Virus record (IMG/VR): IMGVR_UViG_3300030012_004234
Span: 6,786-70,785 of that record
DNA from: a virus
Length of the DNA: 64,000 nt
Strand: one strand, 5' to 3'
Part shown: positions 20,367 to 29,913 of the stretch, piece after piece
How the letters are laid out: each line of letters opens with the position of its first letter
Position numbering within the stretch: position 1 is the first letter of the stretch
Made by a program: the position numbers and the translations under genes
The notes under the pieces: generated by a model
Told to the model about the DNA's origin: nothing
Database searches by the model: none
What the model saw: the letters and a program-made list of their open reading frames with translations, nothing else

Positions 20367-21643
20367 TATTTCAAAATTCTATTAATTAAAACTTCTTTTA
20401 TATTATAGTTTTGTATTAGATCTGAGTTATGTTGTATAACATTTTTCATCTCTTTATACATTTCAAATAACTGTTTATTTGAAAGTTTTGATAGATCTTC
20501 CACTACTTTTAAAACTCCATCAAATCTTTTCCACCCTTGTTTAAAAGTATCATAGCTTTCATCCCACCATTTATCAAAAGTCATAAAACCATGGTCTTTT
20601 AATATCTGTAAGTGATTATACGGTCCGAATTGTATAACTGGGTGTCCGCAGTATATTGGATTAAAAGTAGAACTATGTAAATGACAGCACTTATTAACAA
20701 AAGGAAATGCACACATAACTATACTAAATAAACTATTTTTATAGTGTACTGGTTGAAAGGGTAAATCAGCATTAAATTTACCTACTCCTGATCCAGGGGG
20801 TCCGTGATTATCTTTATCAGTTTGGTCTATATCAAATGGACATTTAGTTTTTAAGGAATCAATATTTTCTTTAGTTATTAATTCTTTATATTTTTCAGGA
20901 GGAAAGGTATAATCAGGATACTCAGGAAAGCTTAATAAAAATTTATCATATAAATTATACTTATTTAAGTAAAGCATAAATAAATTTCGTTCAGGTCTAC
21001 CGGTTCTATTTACTTTTAAGAATGGTTTGATGTTGTTAAAATTATTTTCTTTATATTCTATTTCTTCTTCTACATCTACGACCATAGGTAAGTGTCCTAA
21101 TTTTTTTAATCTTTGAACATCCATAACATTATACATAAATGAAATAACATTAATATGTTCTTTAATATGAGGATTACTTTGTAAAAAGATTTTATGCTCT
21201 GTTTCTGCTACTAAACTATTAGTTACGTAGTAAATTTGTGATGCTGGTAAGTTTAATTTATTAGTTGATTGATAAATATTTTTGAAGAAAGAACTAACTT
21301 GGTCTCCTTCCATAGTATTATCAAGTATCAATTTACACCTTTTAAGTTTAATTTGATGTTGAATAACTAAAGGGATTAAATTAAGATGTTTAGCTGCTAA
21401 GGCATTATTATGATGCAAAACTACGCTATACAGGAAAGGTTTATCCCAATCAAAATCTTCTATTTTTATAGTATCGGAATTTAAAAATCTAGGCATATCG
21501 GAATGAGAAAATAAAGGTCTAGTTATTTTATAACCTCTAGGATCAATCTCATTTATTTCCGGAATATCTTTATATAGTTTTAGTATTTCTATATTAGGAT
21601 TATGAAGGCTTACTTGATTAAAATTATCTACTATACTTACCAT
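20366..21643 (-). CDS. Putative glycosyltransferase (GT10/exostosin-like phage family)
   Basis: FL.VNR..RPER, YKNSLFSIV, PI..GHP.I..G...L..LK..GF.TFDKWWDESYD, HN. Confidence 0.6.
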   Translation of the reverse strand: MVSIVDNFNQVSLHNPNIEILKLYKDIPEINEIDPRGYKITRPLFSHSDMPRFLNSDTIKIEDFDWDKPFLYSVVLHHNNALAAKHLNLIPLVIQHQIKLKRCKLILDNTMEGDQVSSFFKNIYQSTNKLNLPASQIYYVTNSLVAETEHKIFLQSNPHIKEHINVISFMYNVMDVQRLKKLGHLPMVVDVEEEIEYKENNFNNIKPFLKVNRTGRPERNLFMLYLNKYNLYDKFLLSFPEYPDYTFPPEKYKELITKENIDSLKTKCPFDIDQTDKDNHGPPGSGVGKFNADLPFQPVHYKNSLFSIVMCAFPFVNKCCHLHSSTFNPIYCGHPVIQFGPYNHLQILKDHGFMTFDKWWDESYDTFKQGWKRFDGVLKVVEDLSKLSNKQLFEMYKEMKNVIQHNSDLIQNYNIKEVLINRILK

Positions 21644-22373
21644 TTATACCAAACCAGTTTAAATTATTTACTATTATATCTTTAATTTGTACGCAGCATT
21701 CTTTTGTAGGATGTGCAGTATCATCTGTGCAGTTCCAGGTTTTATAATTTATATTAATAATATTTTCATTACTTATCTTACTCTTTTTTGGTAGCTGTTG
21801 ATGAAAATTTATTAACTTATAATTATATCTATTTGATTTAAGGTAACTATCCAAAAAAGCTATATCAGCTAAATGAGTCTTATTTTGATTCTTTTTTAAT
21901 TTATCATCATATTTAATAAGCTTTTCATAATAATTAACAAAAGCTGTCAAAATTTCATTCAAACCTTCTTTATTTTGTAATATTTCATCTCTTATTATAT
22001 CTAACTCTTCTATATCAGTTGTATACATAGAAGAAAGTCTTCTCCATGAACTAAATTTTTCTTCAAAATTACTTCTTACCGGTACATGTCCAGTATCAGC
22101 TGGTGTTATGTTTACACTTCCATCTAAGTATTGTATGCTATATCTTGGAGCCCAAGTTAATCCTATTATTACTAAAGTATCTTTAGGATCTAACTCCTGT
22201 AAATGGTAAAAAGTATTATATAGAATGGTTCGAAAAGACTGTCCATTTTTAGCGGTATTAATTAATTTTAACCTGAGCTCTTCAGCTAACAGTTCAGGCC
22301 ATGTATAACCTTCTTCAATTCTGTCTCCTGCGGTAAAACTACAACCGTTAATATATAAATTTTTATATTTCAT
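21624..22373 (-). CDS. SGNH/GDSL-like protein (DUF6071-like)
   Basis: LYINGCSFTAG, TWPELLA, N.AKNG.S, IIGLT, AHPT. Confidence 0.78.
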   Translation of the reverse strand: MKYKNLYINGCSFTAGDRIEEGYTWPELLAEELRLKLINTAKNGQSFRTILYNTFYHLQELDPKDTLVIIGLTWAPRYSIQYLDGSVNITPADTGHVPVRSNFEEKFSSWRRLSSMYTTDIEELDIIRDEILQNKEGLNEILTAFVNYYEKLIKYDDKLKKNQNKTHLADIAFLDSYLKSNRYNYKLINFHQQLPKKSKISNENIININYKTWNCTDDTAHPTKECCVQIKDIIVNNLNWFGINGKYSR

Positions 22374-23205
22374 TTTTCAAAACTGTACTTAATTCTTTTG
22401 CCCATAACTCATGACCTAACTCAGTAGGATGATAATCTATAAGATCGTCTTGATTATATTCAGATAGATTTAATAAAAACTGAATAAACGATTTTTTTGT
22501 AAAGACTTCTTTATGTATTCTTTTGTATTCATCTATAATATTATTTATATCTAATCTTTTTAATGTACTAGCTTCAGAAGATTTTTGATAGTTAGAAATA
22601 TAACTTTCTATTTCTCTTGCATCAAATAGTTGATGTTTATCAGCATTAAATAATTCTTCTTTACTTTCATAAAAAGCATTAAAAAATAAATGACGTATAT
22701 TTAAGGCTTTTAAAAAATTATGAAGAGTAATATTATTTAGACAATGTCTAGTGATAAATTCTTCTTCATGCCAATGATTTAAAGTATATAACTTATAAAA
22801 AGCATTTAAATCATCACTTTTAGATTCCCAATGATCTAATTCAGCTGGGTATAAGCATTCCCATTCTCCAGTATCTTTTTCATTCCATTTATAAAAAAAA
22901 TCTTTTCTTTCAGGTGATGACCATCCTATTATTACAAATATATCTTTTGTATCATATTTATTTTTTAATTCTAAAATATCGTTAATAGTACCTCTTAATA
23001 TTCTATCATTAGATGCTCCTGCTACTGAGTTATTAATTACTTCTGTTTTTAATAACTTTCCTAACTTACCAGGCCATACTCTTGGTAATCTATATTTTTT
23101 ATTTTTTGGATGATTAACGTGTGCATTATTGGTACCAAATAATTTAGGGTCTACTATATCACCTGCTGTCCAGCTATCACCATTTGTATAAATTAATTTA
23201 GCCAT
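22363..23205 (-). CDS. SGNH/GDSL-like protein (DUF6071-like)
   Basis: YTNGDSWTAG, WPGKL, GASNDRI.R, IIGWSSPER, DYHPTELGHELWA. Confidence 0.8.
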   Translation of the reverse strand: MAKLIYTNGDSWTAGDIVDPKLFGTNNAHVNHPKNKKYRLPRVWPGKLGKLLKTEVINNSVAGASNDRILRGTINDILELKNKYDTKDIFVIIGWSSPERKDFFYKWNEKDTGEWECLYPAELDHWESKSDDLNAFYKLYTLNHWHEEEFITRHCLNNITLHNFLKALNIRHLFFNAFYESKEELFNADKHQLFDAREIESYISNYQKSSEASTLKRLDINNIIDEYKRIHKEVFTKKSFIQFLLNLSEYNQDDLIDYHPTELGHELWAKELSTVLKNEI

Positions 23206-23921
23206 TGTTTAGAGAATTTAATTAAATGGTTATTATTATATGAATGATCTTTGACCTTGTAAGGAGATACTTCTTCAAAATTTGAAGTAAACATTATAGT
23301 ATTATTCATGTTCTGGCTTACTTCCTTTACAAATTTATTATAGTCGTTAAAGAATAAATTAATATTATCGGAATCTAAAACTTTTTCTTGTAAATGAAGT
23401 AAATTGATTTCACCTTTAAATATATGTTGGTACTCTGGGGATAACCGATTAGCACATCCAACCCATGTATAGCTATAAGAATAATCTATTACGTCTTTCA
23501 TTTCCGCAGTTTTAGTTTTTCCGTTAACTATCAATTCGATACTATTTTTATTTTTGATAACTACTACGTCTAGTCCTTTTTCTACTTCTTCTACGGAAGG
23601 ATAAAAATCTATAGACTTAACTTCATCTACATCTGGGTTATCAGTTTTTTTCCACCATTCGAAACTAACTTTGAGCAGTATATTGTTTATTTCATCTTTA
23701 CCTGCTGTAAAAAATAAACCTATATGCTTTCCATTTTTACTAAATAGACCTTGAGTAAAGAAAGGTTCTTTTTTCATACCTTCTAAATAGTAGTCTTTAT
23801 CTGGTGTAAATCTCATCATTAATGTAAAGTCGGTAGTTATTACATCATCAGGAGGATTAAAAACTAATTTATTTTTATTTCCTTTTAAAAATAAGTATGT
23901 ATTTTCTTTATTTATTTTCAT
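23193..23921 (-). CDS. Stand-alone LamG/concanavalin-like domain protein
   Basis: DFTLMMRF, ELIVNG, WVGC...FKGEI, KDHSYNNNH; resembles the inserts in the two GT7 genes. Confidence 0.65.
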   Translation of the reverse strand: MKINKENTYLFLKGNKNKLVFNPPDDVITTDFTLMMRFTPDKDYYLEGMKKEPFFTQGLFSKNGKHIGLFFTAGKDEINNILLKVSFEWWKKTDNPDVDEVKSIDFYPSVEEVEKGLDVVVIKNKNSIELIVNGKTKTAEMKDVIDYSYSYTWVGCANRLSPEYQHIFKGEINLLHLQEKVLDSDNINLFFNDYNKFVKEVSQNMNNTIMFTSNFEEVSPYKVKDHSYNNNHLIKFSKQWLN

Positions 23922-25336
23922 CTACTTAAAGTCAAGCAATATTCGTAAAAATCAGCTAATTCAGGAAATGTCTTACAGAAATCTGTTCCTCTTCTTTCAT
24001 CGTGTGCTCTAAAATAATTACCAAAGTTTTTTCTCTGGTTAGTCATATCTTTTCTACTAGTCATCCAGTCGTACGATCTTTTTATTTTTTGTATTTCAAC
24101 ATCTGAAAATCCTATCAATTTATTATCAAATTTAGGAGTACCTAAAAAGTCTGCATGACTTGCACACCTTAAAACTTCTCTATCCCATTTAGAAGGTAAT
24201 ACTTGTAATGTTTGATGAGAAGGGTATCTTAGGTACGATGAATCTAAAAATACTGCTGAGATCCAATATCTATCAGTAGAAGCATATTCGTTTTTTAGTT
24301 GATATACTCCGTCAATAAGTTTATAGTAGGAAGGTACCGATAAAGAATTGAAGGTTGACATAATAGTAATGTTTAACCTAGGACAAGCAGTAAGTAGCTT
24401 ATTCATATTAGTTAACCATCTATCAAAGATTAAACCATTTCTAATATATTCAGCTTGCTCTCCCCATCCATCAACCGATGTAAATATAATAAATTCATTA
24501 ACTCTTTCTTCGTCTTCTATCTTTTTAATTTTTTCTATAAAATTATCTACTAACCTATCTTCTACTCCTAAGTTAGAATTAATTGCTAAATTTAATTTTT
24601 TATTAGGATTAGGATGTTCTATAATATAATCTAATACTTTCCATGTATCTTTTGACATTAAAGGTTCTCCACCAGTAATTCTAAATGTATGTAAATCTCT
24701 ATATAGATCAGGCCACCATTTCCAAAATGCTTCTACATATGGATTATGCTCTCTATGATGAATAGGCATTTTATTATTATCTTGTAAGTATTTTAAATCG
24801 TTAAATTTATCATCTGTAGGATAAGCACCGTATTTTTTAGCTTCTTTTACCCAAGTAGAAGAGAAAGAAGGACCGCAGTATGAACATTTAAAATTACATG
24901 CATTCGAAAATGCTACCTCAACATAACGAGGATTAAAATCTGTTCTCCAACTAGAATTAACTATTTCATCATAATGCGGTTTAGACCAGGATTCATTAGA
25001 TTTGAAAACTCTATCTGAAAATCCAGTAGAATTATCTTCTACGTTCCAACAATAATCACACTCTGCTGGTCTTTTTCCTTCTAACATTTCTCTTCTTTTT
25101 CTTTTCTTAAAAGAGGTATTATGTAATGCTGATGGATTTCTTTTTAATTCACCTATAGGAATATGATGAGTAGACGGGTGGTGACATGAATGTGTCTGTC
25201 CCATTTGTAGGTGCATAGTTACTTGAGTCCATTTAGCTAGACACATACCACATCCTACTTTATCTAACTTCTTCTTAGTATCTAGATAGTCAGGATTGGT
25301 AAACGAAATTTCATGTGCTTTTTTGCTTGAACTCAT
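23918..25336 (-). CDS. Twitch-domain radical SAM protein
   Basis: N-terminal C.AKW...SCH...C.YCW..E, then CNFKCSYC, GGEPL, SVDG, YIRNG. Confidence 0.88.
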   Translation of the reverse strand: MSSSKKAHEISFTNPDYLDTKKKLDKVGCGMCLAKWTQVTMHLQMGQTHSCHHPSTHHIPIGELKRNPSALHNTSFKKRKRREMLEGKRPAECDYCWNVEDNSTGFSDRVFKSNESWSKPHYDEIVNSSWRTDFNPRYVEVAFSNACNFKCSYCGPSFSSTWVKEAKKYGAYPTDDKFNDLKYLQDNNKMPIHHREHNPYVEAFWKWWPDLYRDLHTFRITGGEPLMSKDTWKVLDYIIEHPNPNKKLNLAINSNLGVEDRLVDNFIEKIKKIEDEERVNEFIIFTSVDGWGEQAEYIRNGLIFDRWLTNMNKLLTACPRLNITIMSTFNSLSVPSYYKLIDGVYQLKNEYASTDRYWISAVFLDSSYLRYPSHQTLQVLPSKWDREVLRCASHADFLGTPKFDNKLIGFSDVEIQKIKRSYDWMTSRKDMTNQRKNFGNYFRAHDERRGTDFCKTFPELADFYEYCLTLSR

Positions 25337-26742
25337 AGTTTAATATTAATCATTTTAGCCCAAGGAGTAAGTTTTTCTTCTCCTATAAACTCATATTTTA
25401 CTTGTTTTATACCGTCTTCTTTATAATCTAACTTACCTTGTTGCATTTTAAGAACGTATCTTCTTTCGTTTGCTGCTGTAGTTTCTCCTTTTGCCCATTT
25501 ACCGTCTACTAGACCTTCGTCTTTATGAGGTAAACATCTCATCTTTCCTTCTACTCTATGAGGTAAAATTGAATTAGGTATTTGTATTTCTTCTTGTTTT
25601 TCAATAGTATTTTTTACTCTATGTATATTTTTAGGATCATTAAAATCTAAATCTATAACTAAATCGTCTTCTGGTATTGTATTATGTAAGTTAGCAACTT
25701 CATCTTCAGAAAGTGCTCTATCCCATCCAAACACTTTAGCTATATCTCCTTTAAAGTAAGAACCTGGGTGGTCGTCAGCAAAAGAAGGAGAATGTCCTAA
25801 ATACATTTTATCTGCTTTATACCTCATTAATCTTCCTTCATAATTTAGAGGGGATGGTGTTCCGTATCCTCCTTTCGAGTCAACCTCTGATCCATTAAGG
25901 TATAAGTGGGAATTCCTATCTATATCATCAAATACAGCTGTAACCCAGCTCCATTGGTTATCATATCTCTTAACCCACATGTAGTTATGTCCTTTGAACA
26001 TATTCCAAAACTGCAAAGATAAAGTTCTAGAATTATTAAATGCAAATCCATAATCATATCCAGGTATTCTTAAAATAGGAAACTCTACGTATTTATTTTG
26101 TTTATCACCTATTAAAAATATATTTTGTTTTTCAGGTTGATTATAAGCTCTACACAACATAGATATAGTATGAGATCTATGAGGTATGTTTCTTATACTT
26201 TTATTAAGTGGTATTTCAACTTTAGCAGTTCCATCAAAATGTAAATATTTTTGATTATTAAATGTAGTTAAAAATGTATCGTTAGTATATCCTTCTTTAT
26301 AACATCTCCAGAATAAATCATCGTCCTCCATTCCCCAATCCCAATAGTCATTAGAATATCCATTAGTTTTTTCAACCTGTTCTTTAGAAAATACGACTGC
26401 ACCACCAAAATATTCATGATATTTAAGTTTATAGTCCATTTGCGATATCTTGGTTGCTATGTGTCTAGGATGATTTTCTGGAAAGGAATAATCTGCTCCT
26501 CCGCCTTCTTCGGGTATCATATCAATATCGTGCCATACTATATAATCGCACCCTTCTTCTAAAGCATGTTTTGCAGCTATATTTTTTGTTGCTCCTCTGT
26601 TAAATAATTTATCATCCGTTTGATGACAAAAATACATTTGAAAATCTATATTCCTATTTTTAAGATACTTACCTACTTTAGGAATGAACTCATGCATATG
26701 TAGTTCTCTGTCTCTATACGGTACACAAACTCCTAGCTTCAT
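25333..26742 (-). CDS. GT7 (beta-1,4-galactosyltransferase-like) with inserted LamG-like domain
   Basis: VPYRDR, FNRG, HDIDMIP, YFGG, NGYSN.YWDWGMEDDD; insert with LYLNG..FKGDIA; C-terminal DGI..VKY. Confidence 0.88.
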   Translation of the reverse strand: MKLGVCVPYRDRELHMHEFIPKVGKYLKNRNIDFQMYFCHQTDDKLFNRGATKNIAAKHALEEGCDYIVWHDIDMIPEEGGGADYSFPENHPRHIATKISQMDYKLKYHEYFGGAVVFSKEQVEKTNGYSNDYWDWGMEDDDLFWRCYKEGYTNDTFLTTFNNQKYLHFDGTAKVEIPLNKSIRNIPHRSHTISMLCRAYNQPEKQNIFLIGDKQNKYVEFPILRIPGYDYGFAFNNSRTLSLQFWNMFKGHNYMWVKRYDNQWSWVTAVFDDIDRNSHLYLNGSEVDSKGGYGTPSPLNYEGRLMRYKADKMYLGHSPSFADDHPGSYFKGDIAKVFGWDRALSEDEVANLHNTIPEDDLVIDLDFNDPKNIHRVKNTIEKQEEIQIPNSILPHRVEGKMRCLPHKDEGLVDGKWAKGETTAANERRYVLKMQQGKLDYKEDGIKQVKYEFIGEEKLTPWAKMINIKL

Positions 26743-28127
26743 AACTTCGCTTTTATATAAATAACCCTTTCTTGCTTTTTATATTCAATTTCTTCAAAAG
26801 ATAAGTTAGATAATCCGTCAGCATCCGTATCGTGATTATCTGTAAGTACTTCATTATTATATCTTAATTGATTCCATCTAGTAGATTTAGACTTCCATTT
26901 ACCTTTTATAAATCCATTATTACTATGAGCTAATTTTCTAATAGAACTCGGTCTTCTATAAGGTAAATACTCTAAATGTTTAAATAATCCTCTGCTTTTA
27001 ATAATTTCACAATTAACTATATTTCCTAAATTACCATTTCCTGATAAGTCTATTAAATTGTAGTCTTGTACAAATTTAGTATCATAAAAAGTTTTAAGAA
27101 AATTACTACTTTTATAATTTTTAAAGTTCTGGGTTAAACTAAAACATTTATTATTATGCAAGTCTACTATCTCTCTTTTTGTAAGACATTTATTAAATGT
27201 AGAAAACTCTTTAATATTACCTTTGAAGAAATCTAATTCTCCTTTTTTACCGCCTAAATAAAAATTAGGCTGCTCATTATAATTAAAAAATGTAGTATCT
27301 ATAGTTAAATTATCAATAAGTTTACTATTAATGTATAAACTAACTTTTCTAGATATTTTATTATAAGTAACTGTTAAATCATGTGTTATAGGTTTAGCAG
27401 GTAAAATCTTAGAATACAAATGATGGTAACCTTGTCTGTTATCAAAAAATTCTACTTGATATCTACTAAAAGATGTATAATTTATAGAAAAATCATATTC
27501 AGGTATATTAAATAAAGTAAATTTATCTATATCTTTTCTATGATTATATACCGGAGCTTCTGGTGTAAATTTAATATTAATTGTAAATGACTCGTTAATA
27601 TCTAGAGTATTTTTACATTTAACATACGCGTCTACTCCATTAAACTTTAAATCCGTACGTGGAGGTAAACTATCTGTTTGAGATACCTGAACTAGAGGTA
27701 TATCGTTTTTTATACATCTGTACCTTAAATCATCATCTTCAAACCCCCATCCCCAGTATACATTTGAAAATCCATTTATTCTTTCAAATAGATCAATAGG
27801 GAATAGGGTAATGCCACCGAAATAATGTTCAAAGGGTAAATTATCAGTAGCAAGATGAATAGGAATATCAGAGTAGGAATAGTCTACTTTTTCAGGAAGC
27901 ATATCAACGTCGTGAAAAACTACATAATCACACCGTCTTTTTACAGCTTCTTTGAATCCTATATTAAGTAATTTACCTCTATTGAATTCCTTATCATCAT
28001 ATTGTTCTACAACAATAATATAATATTCGAAATCTCTATTCGATAAATACTTACTTGTATGGTCTATAAACTTTTCTAACTGCTTTTTCCTATTTCTATA
28101 AGGGACTATAACAGCTAATCTGTCCAT
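26739..28127 (-). CDS. GT7 (beta-1,4-galactosyltransferase-like) with inserted LamG-like domain
   Basis: VPYRNR, FNRGKLLNIGF, FHDVDMLP, NGFSN.YWGWGFEDDD; insert LKFNG..SFTI..LYIN..FKGNI..DLSGNGN; C-terminal DGLSNL. Confidence 0.9.
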   Translation of the reverse strand: MDRLAVIVPYRNRKKQLEKFIDHTSKYLSNRDFEYYIIVVEQYDDKEFNRGKLLNIGFKEAVKRRCDYVVFHDVDMLPEKVDYSYSDIPIHLATDNLPFEHYFGGITLFPIDLFERINGFSNVYWGWGFEDDDLRYRCIKNDIPLVQVSQTDSLPPRTDLKFNGVDAYVKCKNTLDINESFTINIKFTPEAPVYNHRKDIDKFTLFNIPEYDFSINYTSFSRYQVEFFDNRQGYHHLYSKILPAKPITHDLTVTYNKISRKVSLYINSKLIDNLTIDTTFFNYNEQPNFYLGGKKGELDFFKGNIKEFSTFNKCLTKREIVDLHNNKCFSLTQNFKNYKSSNFLKTFYDTKFVQDYNLIDLSGNGNLGNIVNCEIIKSRGLFKHLEYLPYRRPSSIRKLAHSNNGFIKGKWKSKSTRWNQLRYNNEVLTDNHDTDADGLSNLSFEEIEYKKQERVIYIKAKL

Positions 28128-28315
28128 TAGTCTTTCTTAACGTACTTTTCGTAGTACTCAGAAAGATACCATTGCGCTCTTTCGCTCCATTCAGCTTTGT
28201 CAATGTCTTCAAACCAAAAAGCTAAAGCATCAACAGAGGCAGCTATTTTTTCGAGAGCTTTTACTTTTCTCTCTTCTAATAATTCAGCGTCGGTCTTTTT
28301 ATCTCTTCCAGCCAT
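28127..28315 (-). CDS. Small hypothetical protein
   Basis: 62-aa ORF filling the gap; stop overlaps the next start. Confidence 0.6.
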   Translation of the reverse strand: MAGRDKKTDAELLEERKVKALEKIAASVDALAFWFEDIDKAEWSERAQWYLSEYYEKYVKKD

Positions 28316-28319
28316 AATT

Positions 28320-29159
28320 TTAAATTTTAATAATTAATTTAGTTAAATAATTCCAATTTGAGTAATCGTTATAATTAATATAAGAAGTTTCTTTCAATTT
28401 TTCAACTAAAAAGTCACTTTTTTTTATATTTATTTTCCAATCACTATTTTTTATAGCATCATACATAGTTTTATATTCTTCTGAATAAGAATAATCTTTA
28501 TTATTATCTGCTACTTGTTTTATTCTATCAATACAAGTACTATCCCATTTAAAATGGTGTACTTGAGTAAAACACTCTTCTACGGGCAACCTCTTAGGAT
28601 GTTCAGTTCCCCAGCTATTTTTGTTATTTTCGAACAAAGCATAATGCTGCCCCGATGTTATTTTTTGATCTCCTTTAGCTAACGTTACTTTGTTAGGACA
28701 TGCTCCAGACATTGGATACCTAAAGAATCCTCCTAAAGGAAATGTTTCGTAAATATTCGTTTCTCTGTCAACTTTTGGGAATATGCCATCTTTACCTATC
28801 CTATCTAAAAAACCTCCGGTAACAAAAGATTTCCCTTGTCTTTCACAGGATTTGACTATATCTTCAATATCAGTAGGGTATGCTTGTAATTCATCGTCGT
28901 CTGATATTATCCACCAATCGTTAGGTTTTTTAGCTCTAACTGTATTGTATATATCGGTTACTCTTTGCCAGTGGTATTTTTTATCAGTAACTACCCAAAA
29001 AGGTTTAATATTTAATTCTTCTATTTCTTCCAATATACCATCAGTAGTATCTTGTCTATATACTACAACATATACTTTATCTACTTTATCCTCATAATGC
29101 TTTAACATATGAGGTAAAAGATGTGTGTTTTGACCTACTACAGTAATTAAATTAAGCAC
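28320..29159 (-). CDS. Glycosyltransferase family 2-like protein
   Basis: LLPHMLKHY, DWWIISDDDE, GQH, VHHFKW. Confidence 0.75.
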   Translation of the reverse strand: MLNLITVVGQNTHLLPHMLKHYEDKVDKVYVVVYRQDTTDGILEEIEELNIKPFWVVTDKKYHWQRVTDIYNTVRAKKPNDWWIISDDDELQAYPTDIEDIVKSCERQGKSFVTGGFLDRIGKDGIFPKVDRETNIYETFPLGGFFRYPMSGACPNKVTLAKGDQKITSGQHYALFENNKNSWGTEHPKRLPVEECFTQVHHFKWDSTCIDRIKQVADNNKDYSYSEEYKTMYDAIKNSDWKINIKKSDFLVEKLKETSYINYNDYSNWNYLTKLIIKI

Positions 29160-29913
29160 GTTGTAATAAAGTTAATCCGGTTGAACTAGGTTTTGATGGA
29201 TGATTACCAGTATTGAAGAAATTAAACTGTTTCCATTCTGAGTTTATTTCTTTGATAAACTTTGGTGGTCCGTCAAAATATTCAAAATATTCTTTTTCAT
29301 CTTCAGTAATAATCAATTCTTTTTGAAATTTTTCATCAGTATCGTGAATCGAAATTATTCCATTAGGTTTTACTATTTTACTATATAGATCAAAATCATT
29401 TTTAACATCTTCGTAAGAATGACCAGCGTCTATATGTAAAAAGTCTATTTTTATATCTTGTTTAACAAAAAAGTTATAATATGCATTCTCTGTTGTATCT
29501 TTTATAAATCTAGGGACGAATTGATATCTAAAAAAACTATCTTTATCATCATAATTTATTTTTCCTCCTACTCCATTTGCAGCGTCTACTAAATAGGTAG
29601 CTCCAATATCTCCATGATTATAGTCTCTATCTCCTTCAAATATACCTTGATCGTATAAATCAATTCTAGCTTGAGTCATAATTCTAGGTATAAATCCTCC
29701 TCCGCTACCTAAGCATACACAAACTTTAGCTCTTAATAATTGAATAATAGAATAAATTAATAACCCGTCTCCTAAATCGTAATCAGAAGCTCCGTGGGTC
29801 CATCTATATTTTACAGGGATAAAAGTTTTAATATCTTTACCTTTAGTATCCTTGATAAATTTTTCGTCGTTGGTAATAAACTGTCTAATAAATTCTTTAT
29901 CTAAAATTCCCAT
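29152..29913 (-). CDS. Class I SAM methyltransferase (Methyltransf_24-like)
   Basis: VCLGSGGG, IDFLHIDAGHSYEDVKNDF, GIISIHD. Confidence 0.88.
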   Translation of the reverse strand: MGILDKEFIRQFITNDEKFIKDTKGKDIKTFIPVKYRWTHGASDYDLGDGLLIYSIIQLLRAKVCVCLGSGGGFIPRIMTQARIDLYDQGIFEGDRDYNHGDIGATYLVDAANGVGGKINYDDKDSFFRYQFVPRFIKDTTENAYYNFFVKQDIKIDFLHIDAGHSYEDVKNDFDLYSKIVKPNGIISIHDTDEKFQKELIITEDEKEYFEYFDGPPKFIKEINSEWKQFNFFNTGNHPSKPSSTGLTLLQRA

